This document shows, piece by piece, positions 6,125-15,104 of a stretch of 38,542 bases of DNA. Every line of letters begins with the position of its first letter. Within the stretch, counting starts at the first letter, position 1. Made by a program: the position numbers and the translations under genes. A model generated the notes under the pieces. It saw only the letters and a list, made by a program, of their open reading frames with translations. It ran no database searches and was not told where the DNA came from. This DNA comes from a virus (lineage: Duplodnaviria; Heunggongvirae; Uroviricota; Caudoviricetes), in IMG/VR virus record IMGVR_UViG_2531839531_000011; one strand, 5' to 3'.

Positions 6125-8947
6125 ATGACGGCAGAGTACATCAGGGACTGGCAACAACCGCGCCACGCAGTGGGGCGTGAAGGAACGGGGATCCCCGCTC
6201 CTGAATCCGCGCTTTCCTCCTGGCTGGATGCCTACCGGGCAGAGAACGAGCGCCGCCAGGAAATGGCTGATGCGGCGTTCTCCGCCACGCCGCTGGGCAA
6301 CCTGATTAATAAAAGCCTGGACGCACAGGAAAAACAGGACAAAACCATCACACTGGCAGGAGACGCCAGAAAACAGGCACGCGGCGCGGTGGATGAAGCC
6401 ATGGCCTCGCTGCGCCTGCTGCCGTCCTATCTGCGCGATCCGCTTATTCGCCACCTCTCCTTCCTGCGCAAAAAACAGGAAGCCGATCGCCGGAAAGGCA
6501 AAAAGAGCTGGCAGGCTGAACGCTACGCGCGCGGAACCCTGCGCAAAATATTCGAACGTCTGGAGCGCACCGACAGCCGCTGGCTGACACCGGGTTATCG
6601 CTCCCTTGCCGGACGCGAACGCCTGGACGATTTGCTTTACCTGCCGCAGCTTAACAAGCACCAGATACAGACGCTGGCCACCATGACGGCGGCAATGTTC
6701 AGCAGCACCTTTGAGACTCTCTGTGATGGTTTCGGTGCCAGAGATGGCGAGCTGACCATGGATGTAACGCTGAAGGCGTATCAGATGCTGGCCCGCATGG
6801 CGTTACACCTGCACGCCATGCCTCCACATTATGACGCACTGACAACAGACAAAGACCGGAGGAACGAACCGGACACGGAACTGCTGCCGGGCGCAATCCT
6901 TCGCCTGACCTGTGCGGACTGGTGGAAACGCAAACTGTGGCTGTTACGTTGTGAGTGGCGGGAAGAACAACTCCGCGCCGCCTGTCTGGTTTCCAGAAAA
7001 ACATCACCCTATCTGAGCCAGGACGCGTTAAGCGAGTTTCGCGCACAGCGCGAGAAAACACGCGATTTCCTGAAAAGTTTCATGCTGGAAAATGAAGACG
7101 GGTTCACGATTGATCTCGAGACGGTGTATTACGCGGGAGTAAGTAACCCGGTTCACCGTAAGGCAGAAATGATGGCCACCATGAAGGGACTGGAACTTCT
7201 GGCCGAAGCCCGTGGCGACAAAGCGGTGTTTCTGACTGTCACCTGCCCGTCAAAATACCACGCCACAACAGAGAACGGTCATCCGAATCCCAAATGGAAC
7301 GGGGCCACCATGCGCGACTCCAGCGATTACCTGGTTAACACGTTTTTTGCGGCGGTCCGCAAAAAACTGAACCGCGACGGCCTGCGCTGGTATGGCATCC
7401 GCACGGTGGAGCCTCACCATGACGGCACCGTGCACTGGCATATGATGGTCTTTGCTCATCCGGAAGAAATCGACACCATTGTGTCCCACACCCGCGATAT
7501 TGCCATTCAGGAAGACCGCCACGAACTGGGCAATGATATTACTCCGCGCTTTAAGGCGGAGTACGTCGACGGCTCAAAAGGCACGCCAACCAGCTACATC
7601 GCCACCTACATCGGAAAGAACCTGGACAGCCACGCCGTGGATGGCATCGACCCGAAAACGGGCAAGCCACGCGTTGACCACGAAACCGGAAAATCAATGG
7701 CCGAGAGCGTGGAGCGCGCCATCGGCTGGGCGCGCCTTCACCGGGTCCGCCAGTTCCAGTTCTTTGGCATCCCCTCCCGTCAGGTGTGGCGTGAACTGCG
7801 CCGCCTTGCCAGCCAGATGGCACGCAACCCGGAAGGCCCGCAACGACTGAAGGATGACGCAATGGATGCAGTGCTCGCTGCCGCTGATGCCGGGTGTTTT
7901 GCCTCCTACATTGAAAAACAGGGCGGCGTACTTGTTCCACGCAAAGACTACCTGATTCGCACCGCCTACGACCTCGCAGATGAGCTGAACGATTACAGCG
8001 AACAGAGCGTACAGATTTACGGGATCTGGTCACCACTCATCGGGGAGTCCTCCCGTGTGTGCACGCATCCGGATAACTGGAAGCTGGTAAGACGCAAACC
8101 GGAAGCGGAAGACAGCGCCCGCGAAAATGGTTTTGACCTTCAGGGCGGCCCTGCCGCCCCTTGGACTCGTGGCAATAACTGTCCCCGTGTACAGGAAACG
8201 GACAACAACGGGACAGAACAGCCGGAAGAACGGCCAGCACCGTGGCCGCAGCTCCCTGACGGCGTTGAAGTGAACGAATGGATGCGCTCACTGAAACGGC
8301 ACGAACGCCGGGCGCTGATGCGTTCGCTTCGTGACAAACAGGCAAAAAACAGCAGTGATGAAATGCAGAGCTGGACACAGAGCCGCAAACAGCAGCGGCC
8401 TTTGCCTGATAACCACGAATTACTCGCTAAAGAATGGCGGGAGTCTGCTGAATCTCTCGGCCTGCATATCGGTGAACAGCAGATGCAGCACCTGTTACGG
8501 GGCGGCAGTCTGTACGTTGACGGCAGCATCATTGCACCGCAGGGATTTGAAATTGTACGCAAACCGGATACCCGCCCGGACAGCCGAATCACGCAGCTCT
8601 GGCAGCGCCTGAGCCGTAATCACGGCGTAAGCAGCACGGAGATCCGCCATAACCCGGTCGCCAGCTATCTGGCACAGCTGGGGGCATCAGACCCCGAAGC
8701 CGCCGCACGCCTGGCATCCACACTTCAGCAGGACCAGAACACCATGAAAACACCCGTTACCGTGCTTTCTGACATGCTGCGCGCCATCCGCGACGCAGAG
8801 TACGCACAGAGAATCTGTGAAACCACTGAACGCGCCCACCGCAAAGCAGACCTGCTGCGGGGTGGCCTGACCCGTGGGAACAAAAAACAGACAGAAACGG
8901 GATTCACAAATCCCGTAAATGAGCAAAAAACGCGCCGCGATATATGA
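6125..8947 (+). CDS. A: Replication initiation endonuclease (P2 gpA-like rolling-circle initiator) with long C-terminal extension
   Basis: 940 aa; motifs HDGTVHWHMMVF and YIATYIGK match the histidine and catalytic-tyrosine motifs I recall for GPA-family initiators. Confidence 0.85.
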   Translation: MTAEYIRDWQQPRHAVGREGTGIPAPESALSSWLDAYRAENERRQEMADAAFSATPLGNLINKSLDAQEKQDKTITLAGDARKQARGAVDEAMASLRLLPSYLRDPLIRHLSFLRKKQEADRRKGKKSWQAERYARGTLRKIFERLERTDSRWLTPGYRSLAGRERLDDLLYLPQLNKHQIQTLATMTAAMFSSTFETLCDGFGARDGELTMDVTLKAYQMLARMALHLHAMPPHYDALTTDKDRRNEPDTELLPGAILRLTCADWWKRKLWLLRCEWREEQLRAACLVSRKTSPYLSQDALSEFRAQREKTRDFLKSFMLENEDGFTIDLETVYYAGVSNPVHRKAEMMATMKGLELLAEARGDKAVFLTVTCPSKYHATTENGHPNPKWNGATMRDSSDYLVNTFFAAVRKKLNRDGLRWYGIRTVEPHHDGTVHWHMMVFAHPEEIDTIVSHTRDIAIQEDRHELGNDITPRFKAEYVDGSKGTPTSYIATYIGKNLDSHAVDGIDPKTGKPRVDHETGKSMAESVERAIGWARLHRVRQFQFFGIPSRQVWRELRRLASQMARNPEGPQRLKDDAMDAVLAAADAGCFASYIEKQGGVLVPRKDYLIRTAYDLADELNDYSEQSVQIYGIWSPLIGESSRVCTHPDNWKLVRRKPEAEDSARENGFDLQGGPAAPWTRGNNCPRVQETDNNGTEQPEERPAPWPQLPDGVEVNEWMRSLKRHERRALMRSLRDKQAKNSSDEMQSWTQSRKQQRPLPDNHELLAKEWRESAESLGLHIGEQQMQHLLRGGSLYVDGSIIAPQGFEIVRKPDTRPDSRITQLWQRLSRNHGVSSTEIRHNPVASYLAQLGASDPEAAARLASTLQQDQNTMKTPVTVLSDMLRAIRDAEYAQRICETTERAHRKADLLRGGLTRGNKKQTETGFTNPVNEQKTRRDI

Positions 8948-8989
8948 AGCGCGCACAAAACAGGCAAAAACGGGATTTCAGAATCCCGT
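8897..8989. promoter_or_regulatory. Two copies of a 20-bp palindrome ACGGGATT-N4-AATCCCGT (8897..8916 inside the A 3' end; 8970..8989 upstream of parM); candidate ParR-binding centromere/operator or terminator
   Basis: Perfect 8-bp inverted repeats read directly, spaced ~73 bp. Confidence 0.4.
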
Positions 8990-9023
8990 AAACGATTAAT
9001 TAATCAACATAAGGAAAATCGAC

Positions 9024-9983
9024 ATGAAAATTTGTATCGACGACGGCTCCACCAACATCAAGCTGGCATGGACTGAGAACGGCGAACGCCGCAACGCCAT
9101 CAGCCCGAACAGCTTCAAGTCGGAATGGTCTGCGCCGTTCGGTGGCACGCAGCCCGCAAACTACATGCTTGATGGCGTGCGCTATGGTTTTGATCCGGTC
9201 AGCGATCGCTTTGTCCAGACGACCGACACGCAATACCAGTACAGCGATGTGAATGTCATTGCCATTCATCACGCGCTGGTCAAATCAGGTATCACACCAC
9301 AGGAAGTGGATGTGGTTGTCACCCTGCCACTGAGCGAGTATTTCGACACAAACGCCCAGCCGGATATGACCAACATCAACCGCAAAAAAGCGAATGTTAT
9401 GCGCCCGGTGGAGTACCAGAACGGTGAGGCATTCACTATCCGTAACGTGCGGGTTATGCCTGAATCCATTCCGGCTGGCTTTAAAGCACTGGCTGACATG
9501 AGTCCGTTTGAATCCCTGCTGATTGTGGATTTAGGCGGAACCACGCTGGATGTGGCAAAGGTTCAGGGACAACTGGCAGGTATCAGCCAGGTGTTTTGCG
9601 ATCCACACGTAGGCGTTTCCCTGATGGCCGATGCAGTACTCTCGGTGATGGCCGCTAACGGTATGCGTACCAGTCACCACATCGCCAATACCATTATCGA
9701 ACATCGCCATGATGAAGCCTGGCTGCGCCAGCACATCCACAATGACGCGCATTACGCCAGCCTGATGGCGGTTATTCGTGAAAAGGAAGAAACACTGAAA
9801 CAACGCGTGATCCGCGCGCTGGCGGGTTTTTCGGGTTACGGGCGGGTGATGGTTGTCGGTGGCGGGGCGGAGATTGTGGCACCCGCTATCCGCGAAGCCT
9901 GCGGAGTTAATGCGACTTTCATCGCGGACGGGGTGCCACAGTTTGCTCTGGTTAAGGGGCTGTACGCAATGGACAAGGAGTAA
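9024..9983 (+). CDS. parM: ParM/StbA-like actin-fold partition ATPase
   Basis: 319 aa; N-terminus MKICIDDGSTNIKLAW and downstream blocks closely resemble recalled plasmid R1 ParM; DLGGTTLD phosphate motif. Confidence 0.8.
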   Translation: MKICIDDGSTNIKLAWTENGERRNAISPNSFKSEWSAPFGGTQPANYMLDGVRYGFDPVSDRFVQTTDTQYQYSDVNVIAIHHALVKSGITPQEVDVVVTLPLSEYFDTNAQPDMTNINRKKANVMRPVEYQNGEAFTIRNVRVMPESIPAGFKALADMSPFESLLIVDLGGTTLDVAKVQGQLAGISQVFCDPHVGVSLMADAVLSVMAANGMRTSHHIANTIIEHRHDEAWLRQHIHNDAHYASLMAVIREKEETLKQRVIRALAGFSGYGRVMVVGGGAEIVAPAIREACGVNATFIADGVPQFALVKGLYAMDKE

Positions 9984-9987
9984 ACCA

Positions 9988-10299
9988 ATGACGACTCCAA
10001 CCAGACGGATAAGTTTCTATCTGAAGCCCGCCGCCGTCAAGAACGAAGGTGAAGCATGCGCCTGGCTGGACAGCCTTACACCAGAAGCGCGCAAAAGCGG
10101 CCAACGCGTGGCTTTTCTGGCCGGGCTGGCACTTCTGAAAATGAATCCGGCAGAGGCTTACCGACTGGCTGCATGGGCTGATGATGAAGCGTTATCAGTG
10201 ACACAAACCAGGACAGAACGCCCCGCGTCACAGCCAGTATCAACCGCACAGATAACCAGTCAGATGGCCGGAAATATCCGGGCGTTATTTCCCGAATAA
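9988..10299 (+). CDS. parR: ParR-like DNA-binding adaptor
   Basis: 103 aa directly after parM with AAGGAG RBS; AFLAGLAL and C-terminal NIRALFPE resemble recalled R1 ParR. Confidence 0.55.
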   Translation: MTTPTRRISFYLKPAAVKNEGEACAWLDSLTPEARKSGQRVAFLAGLALLKMNPAEAYRLAAWADDEALSVTQTRTERPASQPVSTAQITSQMAGNIRALFPE

Positions 10300-10362
10300 C
10301 ACAACATCAGGGCGCATCCGCCCTGATGACTTTAACCCGGGAACATAAACAAGGGGGACACA

Positions 10363-10698
10363 ATGCAACACATTGACAGAGAAAAAGCGCAGCGACTGAT
10401 TGAGCGGATGGAAGCGCTGGCGAAAGAAGAAAATGTCAACATCCAAAAAATAGCTGAATGTGGCCAGATAGTTCTTCGTCGTGAAAAAGACCTCAAACAA
10501 CTGATGTCTGGCGAAACCAGCAAAACATGGACTTCAGGTGAGGAGACGATTTATTGCAGCTTCTGCAATAAATCCCAGTACGAAGTCACAAAGGTGATTG
10601 CCGGACCGTCTGTTTACATCTGCAATGAGTGCGTTGATTTGTGCAATGAAGTTATCAGGAGAGAAGTGACAGACCATGAAGAAAAAACGCATGAATGA
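10363..10698 (+). CDS. Stand-alone ClpX N-terminal-type C4 zinc-binding domain protein
   Basis: 111 aa; C-terminal block [38 protein letters not shown] matches the ClpX zinc-binding domain signature. Confidence 0.7.
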   Translation: MQHIDREKAQRLIERMEALAKEENVNIQKIAECGQIVLRREKDLKQLMSGETSKTWTSGEETIYCSFCNKSQYEVTKVIAGPSVYICNECVDLCNEVIRREVTDHEEKTHE

Positions 10699-10864
10699 CG
10701 AATTTGACGGCTTTTAATTTTATCGGGGCGCACTGTCGCCCTGCATGGAGAAAAACAATAAAAAAGATGAATAACTGCTCATGTCAGACGCGCTGCGGGC
10801 AAGTCTGGCACCCTGCCCTGTCTCCGCAAAGGCTGTTGTCTTAACACGACAGAGTATGCCAGCA

Positions 10865-11272
10865 TTAAATATAATCTTCTTCGTAGTCGCTGATTAATTC
10901 ATTGCCATAATCAGACAGCAATTTCAAAGCAAAGGTAACTTCCTCAAGGGTAGCTATCCCCATTGCTGAAAACACCGTTAATTTAACCAGCAGCAGGGAG
11001 TTTGAAAGTTCGGAAGAGTTCATCATTAAAAATATTGATGCAGCCTGAAAAGCTGTGCGTTTATTCCCATCATGAAAGGCATGAGCCTTGGCTATACCAA
11101 TCAAATACATAGCAGCCAGAGCATGAATATCATCAACCCCTTCATAGTAGTGTAGTGTCCTGACGCGATTTAAAGCACCTTCAAGTAGCCCGTCATTGGC
11201 ATTTCCGCTCTGGGGTAAAGTTTCAGCATGGATACGTTCTACTTGTTCTTTTGACAAAAACACTATGTCCAT
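10865..11272 (-). CDS. doc: Doc (death-on-curing) Fic-family toxin
   Basis: 135 aa; Fic-type motif HAFHDGNKRTA; start overlaps antitoxin stop (TGATG). Confidence 0.85.
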   Translation of the reverse strand: MDIVFLSKEQVERIHAETLPQSGNANDGLLEGALNRVRTLHYYEGVDDIHALAAMYLIGIAKAHAFHDGNKRTAFQAASIFLMMNSSELSNSLLLVKLTVFSAMGIATLEEVTFALKLLSDYGNELISDYEEDYI

Positions 11273-11628
11273 CAGTTATCCTCAAGCTTTTTAATGATAT
11301 CCGCATGTTTTTCTCTTGTACGCTTCATTGCATCTTCAAAAGACAATCCTTTTTTTCTCTGTGCGACAAGAGCTGGATGACGTTTTTCCAGATCTCTCAC
11401 TGCATTTATTAAGAGTGGTTGCTTCATTTTGTTTATTTGATCCCGCAGTTTTTTGGTTTTGCCAAGGACAGCCCGTATTTCAGGACTAAGATCAGAACCA
11501 GCAAGAACAACATCCTTCCCTCCCTGCGCCGTGATAACGACACTGCCACCGGAAGAAAGGTAATCCAGAATTTCACTCAGGTTCTCACGAAATTCATCAT
11601 CAGTTACAGTTTTCATATTCATTTCCAT
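11272..11628 (-). CDS. phd: Phd/YefM-like antitoxin candidate (start may be a downstream Met)
   Basis: Small acidic-C-terminus protein immediately upstream of and coupled to doc. Confidence 0.6.
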   Translation of the reverse strand: MEMNMKTVTDDEFRENLSEILDYLSSGGSVVITAQGGKDVVLAGSDLSPEIRAVLGKTKKLRDQINKMKQPLLINAVRDLEKRHPALVAQRKKGLSFEDAMKRTREKHADIIKKLEDN

Positions 11629-11639
11629 TATGCACGCCC

Positions 11640-11740
11640 ATAACGTAAGTATAACGGCTTGTTGGGCAGTAATAACACCGCCATATTTTCATTTTATACA
11701 CCGCACAATAGTGCACAAATTTGCACAATTTTTTTGAACA
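11640..11740 (-). promoter_or_regulatory. Candidate phd-doc promoter/operator with repeated TGCACAA motifs
   Basis: gtgcacaaatttgcacaattttttt directly upstream of the antitoxin start. Confidence 0.3.
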
Positions 11741-12102
11741 ACTTTTTACCCTTCCGGCCCGCGTGGCGACTGGATCCGTCAAGGATCCGTGCGTGCACAA
11801 AAAAACGCGTTTTTTCTGCGCGCAGGTGACGGGGGAACAGCCCGCGTTTCAGGGGGTAAATAGCATTCCCTGAACGATGTCGCAGAGATACAACAGAATG
11901 GCTGTCTTTCTCACGCTGAGCGTGAAAAAGACGTGAGGTTTTTTGATTTGATGGGGTGGCAGATAAGGCCGTCAAAATCGCACTGAGGCGGCGAGAACAT
12001 GCAGTCAGCGCGATGGGATTGCGTAAGAGCCTGACCGCCGATGATGGCAATAAGCTGGAAGGCGTCGTGAAATTATCTGATTGATACAGGAGCTGGAGAG
12101 TC

Positions 12103-12125
12103 GGGGCATAAATTTTTTATGCCCC
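12103..12125. terminator. Palindromic hairpin GGGGCATAAA-TT-TTTATGCCCC downstream of portal gene (bidirectional terminator candidate)
   Basis: Near-perfect inverted repeat read directly. Confidence 0.4.
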
Positions 12126-12152
12126 GGCGAAGCAGCAGACAAGCGAAGCGCG

Positions 12153-13199
12153 TCAGGATGTGGGCGGGGTGTCCAGCAGTGCGTAAGGGTTAAAGCGGAT
12201 CACCTCTTCGCCAAGCCAGTCATTGATGTGCTTCATGGCCTCCATAACGGGCATCAGCTCGTTAATTGCATAAACCCGCGCGGCCTTCTCCACATCACCA
12301 AACGCACTTTTTTCGCCCGGCATCGCCCCCATCAGTTGCGGCGGAACGCGGTGCGCAGCCAGCACATCATCACGGGATGCCGCCTTAACATTCATGAACT
12401 CATCCTTTGCGGTGATCTGCTGGAACGGCAAAATTTGCACCCCCTCTTTGCCCCCGTTGGGCGCATGAATGAGCACGTTTTTAAATGCACCACCACCACG
12501 TGCACCCTGTAGCGTTTCCTTCAGGGAGTCCATGCTTTCGCGGTTTACCTGCGCTGCACCGATGTAGATGATGCACCCGGCGTGGGATCCATTGTCGTAG
12601 TACAGTTTTCTGAACATGTCCGCCGAATGAGACAGGCTGGCCGAGAGTAATGCGCCGAGATATTCCGGCATGCCGTAGATTTCCTGGTTAATGTCAGGAT
12701 TCATCAGGTGGCACACTTTGCCAGGGCGAAACTGAAACGCGTCCTTGCCATCCTGCACATACCACCATGATTCAAGATCGCTTCCGCGTCGCATGTATTT
12801 CGCCAGGGCGTGCCGTAATTTAAGCGGTTCGCCGAGCATATTGCTCCGAAGCTCAAGGAATGCGTTACCGAACACAAACCAGTCCAGCGCCAGCGCCGAG
12901 AAATCCTGCCGGGAAAGCAGCGGGTGCGGGATGTAGCAACTGAGCAATACATTACGCTTAAAGTAAAGCGCAGACTGATGCCAGGACGTTTGCCGGGCAG
13001 CTCTTGCCAGACCGTACCAGTCCACCGGGGTTTCATACCACCGCCCGTTATCAGCACAGTACATATTGTCCAGCAAATCATGCCCGGTCAGGCGATAAGG
13101 ACCATCAAATGTGAATGCACTGAGCGACGATTCTTTCCTGAGCGCATCAGCGAGATCAATGCGTGAACTCATGCGCACTTTTTTATTTTTTCTGCTCAT
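12153..13199 (-). CDS. Q: Portal protein (P2 gpQ-like)
   Basis: 348 aa; position and divergent arrangement with terminase as in P2. Confidence 0.85.
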   Translation of the reverse strand: MSRKNKKVRMSSRIDLADALRKESSLSAFTFDGPYRLTGHDLLDNMYCADNGRWYETPVDWYGLARAARQTSWHQSALYFKRNVLLSCYIPHPLLSRQDFSALALDWFVFGNAFLELRSNMLGEPLKLRHALAKYMRRGSDLESWWYVQDGKDAFQFRPGKVCHLMNPDINQEIYGMPEYLGALLSASLSHSADMFRKLYYDNGSHAGCIIYIGAAQVNRESMDSLKETLQGARGGGAFKNVLIHAPNGGKEGVQILPFQQITAKDEFMNVKAASRDDVLAAHRVPPQLMGAMPGEKSAFGDVEKAARVYAINELMPVMEAMKHINDWLGEEVIRFNPYALLDTPPTS

Positions 13200-14950
13200 C
13201 AGAACTCCATAACCGTGAAACGCTCGTTTTCTCCTTCGCCGCCAATCGGTTCGTTAATGACAGCAAGCATGGTTGCCCACGCAAGGTCGCCGTGGCTGAT
13301 CCCCCTCGCGCGGTCCGTTTCGTATGTGATAAAGCCGCCCGGTGTTTTCACCTTACGCACGGCGTTAAAGGCCGCGACCAGCTCACGTTCGGCGCGATCG
13401 TATTCCCACCGCCCGGCACGCATTATTTGCAACATTTTCAGTACCAGCGACCGTTTTGATGACAGCGTGAAGGTGTACGGAATAGCAGCAGGGAAAAACC
13501 GTTTCACTATCTGATAAACAGCCTCCCCGTTCCCGCCTGTCACATCAATGCCGATGTGTTCCACGTTGTAGCGACACGTGAACTCTTCAATGACTCTGGC
13601 CTGTTCTTCAAACTCCAGCCCCTGAACGCGTCGCGTCTCCACCGTTCGAAAACGGCCTCCAGGAACAGCCGGAGGAACCACCACGGACACAGCGCCGCTG
13701 TCGCCGTTTCCACTGCTGCCGTTTGCGTCATACCCAATCCATACCGGACGATTCCCCATCGGGCGGGGAGCAAAAGGTTTCCAGTCTTTCCAGTCGTCGT
13801 ATCCGTCAACACCGCAGCCAATCAGGATATTCAGGTTAAATGCCGATTCCCCTTCGCGGACAAACTCACACATATAGAGATTGCGGAACTCGTCTTCGGT
13901 GTTTTCATCACGAATTTCGTCAATATCGGTGTGTTTCCAGCCGTGATTAACCACATCTTCCAGCGTGACAATTTGCCGCCACGTCCGGTCAGGGCAGATA
14001 AGCCCGTTATGCAGCGTTTTCCAGTCCACAGAAAAACGCTGGCGTTTATGCGTGGCCTTTTTCTCGTTCCAGCGGTCGCCGTTCCAGTAGGCGTATGCCT
14101 CGTGCGTTTCGGTGGATGGCGTGGAGAAGTAGGTGCGCCGCAGTCCGCTGAGGGTTGCCATAGCGCCAGCCACCTTGCGCAGTTCAGCAAAGCGACTGAC
14201 CCAGAAAAATTCATCAAAATAAAAATTGCCCGTGTAGGACTGTGCCGTCGCAGCAGAAGTACCAAGAAAATGCAGCTCTGCGCCGTTGGAGAGGATGATT
14301 TTATCGCCCCCTTTCAGCTCCACATCAACTTCAGATGCAGCCTTCTGAATAATGCTTTTAAACTGGAACGCCTGACGACGCGACGCAGACAAAAAAATCT
14401 GGTTACGCTGGTAAGGTTGCGCCACATCGTCACGCAGCGCCATCAGCAGTGCTTCCTGTGCAAAATACCAGGTCGCTCCAATCTGTCGGGATTTCAGGAT
14501 CATCCTGTTACGTATCCCGGCTTCCCTGCAAAGTGTCAGGGAGTCAAACCAGCCCCGCTGATGCCACTCCAGCCTGCTGATGATTTTTTCCCGCAGTGCG
14601 GCAATCTGTTCCGGCGTGAAATGATTTTTGAGTTTTTTCGCCCGGCTTTTCTTTCCTGTGGCCGTCGCATCCGGCTGGCCATCATGCAGTTTTTTAAGCT
14701 GCCGGGTCAGCAGGTCTATTTCCTTGAAGTCACCACCTGTTTTATTCTGTTTTTCAGTAAGCTGGATGAGGCGCGCATCGATGGACTGCGTGACACGCTG
14801 CACGGGTGGCGTTTCATCCCACTGGTCGCGTTTTTTCCACGCATAAATCGTGTTCGGGTTTATTCCCATCAGACGTGATATTTCTGCGGGCGGATAACCC
14901 TGCCAGTAAAGTTGCCGCGCACGCTGGCGCACAAAAGCGTCCTGAATCAT
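13199..14950 (-). CDS. P: Terminase large (ATPase) subunit (P2 gpP-like)
   Basis: 583 aa; N-terminus MIQDAFVRQRARQLYWQGYPPAEISRLMGINPNTIYAWKKRDQWDE. Confidence 0.9.
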   Translation of the reverse strand: MIQDAFVRQRARQLYWQGYPPAEISRLMGINPNTIYAWKKRDQWDETPPVQRVTQSIDARLIQLTEKQNKTGGDFKEIDLLTRQLKKLHDGQPDATATGKKSRAKKLKNHFTPEQIAALREKIISRLEWHQRGWFDSLTLCREAGIRNRMILKSRQIGATWYFAQEALLMALRDDVAQPYQRNQIFLSASRRQAFQFKSIIQKAASEVDVELKGGDKIILSNGAELHFLGTSAATAQSYTGNFYFDEFFWVSRFAELRKVAGAMATLSGLRRTYFSTPSTETHEAYAYWNGDRWNEKKATHKRQRFSVDWKTLHNGLICPDRTWRQIVTLEDVVNHGWKHTDIDEIRDENTEDEFRNLYMCEFVREGESAFNLNILIGCGVDGYDDWKDWKPFAPRPMGNRPVWIGYDANGSSGNGDSGAVSVVVPPAVPGGRFRTVETRRVQGLEFEEQARVIEEFTCRYNVEHIGIDVTGGNGEAVYQIVKRFFPAAIPYTFTLSSKRSLVLKMLQIMRAGRWEYDRAERELVAAFNAVRKVKTPGGFITYETDRARGISHGDLAWATMLAVINEPIGGEGENERFTVMEF

Positions 14951-15104
14951 TGCTCCCCCTGAGTAATTACAGGAAGATTACCCGCGCGCGAAACCGTTCT
15001 CCTTAACCCCCTGTTCTGACTGTTTTCTTACAACAAAAGCCCTTTGTATCAGCCTGTTACGCTTTGCCATCATGACTGAAGAACCAGTCAGAGGGGCAAA
15101 AACT

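Noticed and set aside
5588-6661. 357-aa minus-strand ORF
   Set aside because: Lies antisense to gene A and the upstream small gene; Ala/Arg/Gly-rich composition typical of a GC-rich antisense frame; no RBS
7250-8592. Multiple 90-160-aa ORFs inside gene A on both strands
   Set aside because: Alternative-frame artefacts of a long GC-rich coding gene
10290-10362. LexA (SOS) box upstream of the ClpX-zinc-finger gene
   Set aside because: No CTGT-N8-ACAG match; the palindrome CATCAGGGCG-cat-CCGCCCTGATG there looks like a hairpin or operator of another kind
13556-14878. 440-aa plus-strand ORF
   Set aside because: Antisense to the terminase large-subunit gene, which has clear conserved features; antisense artefact
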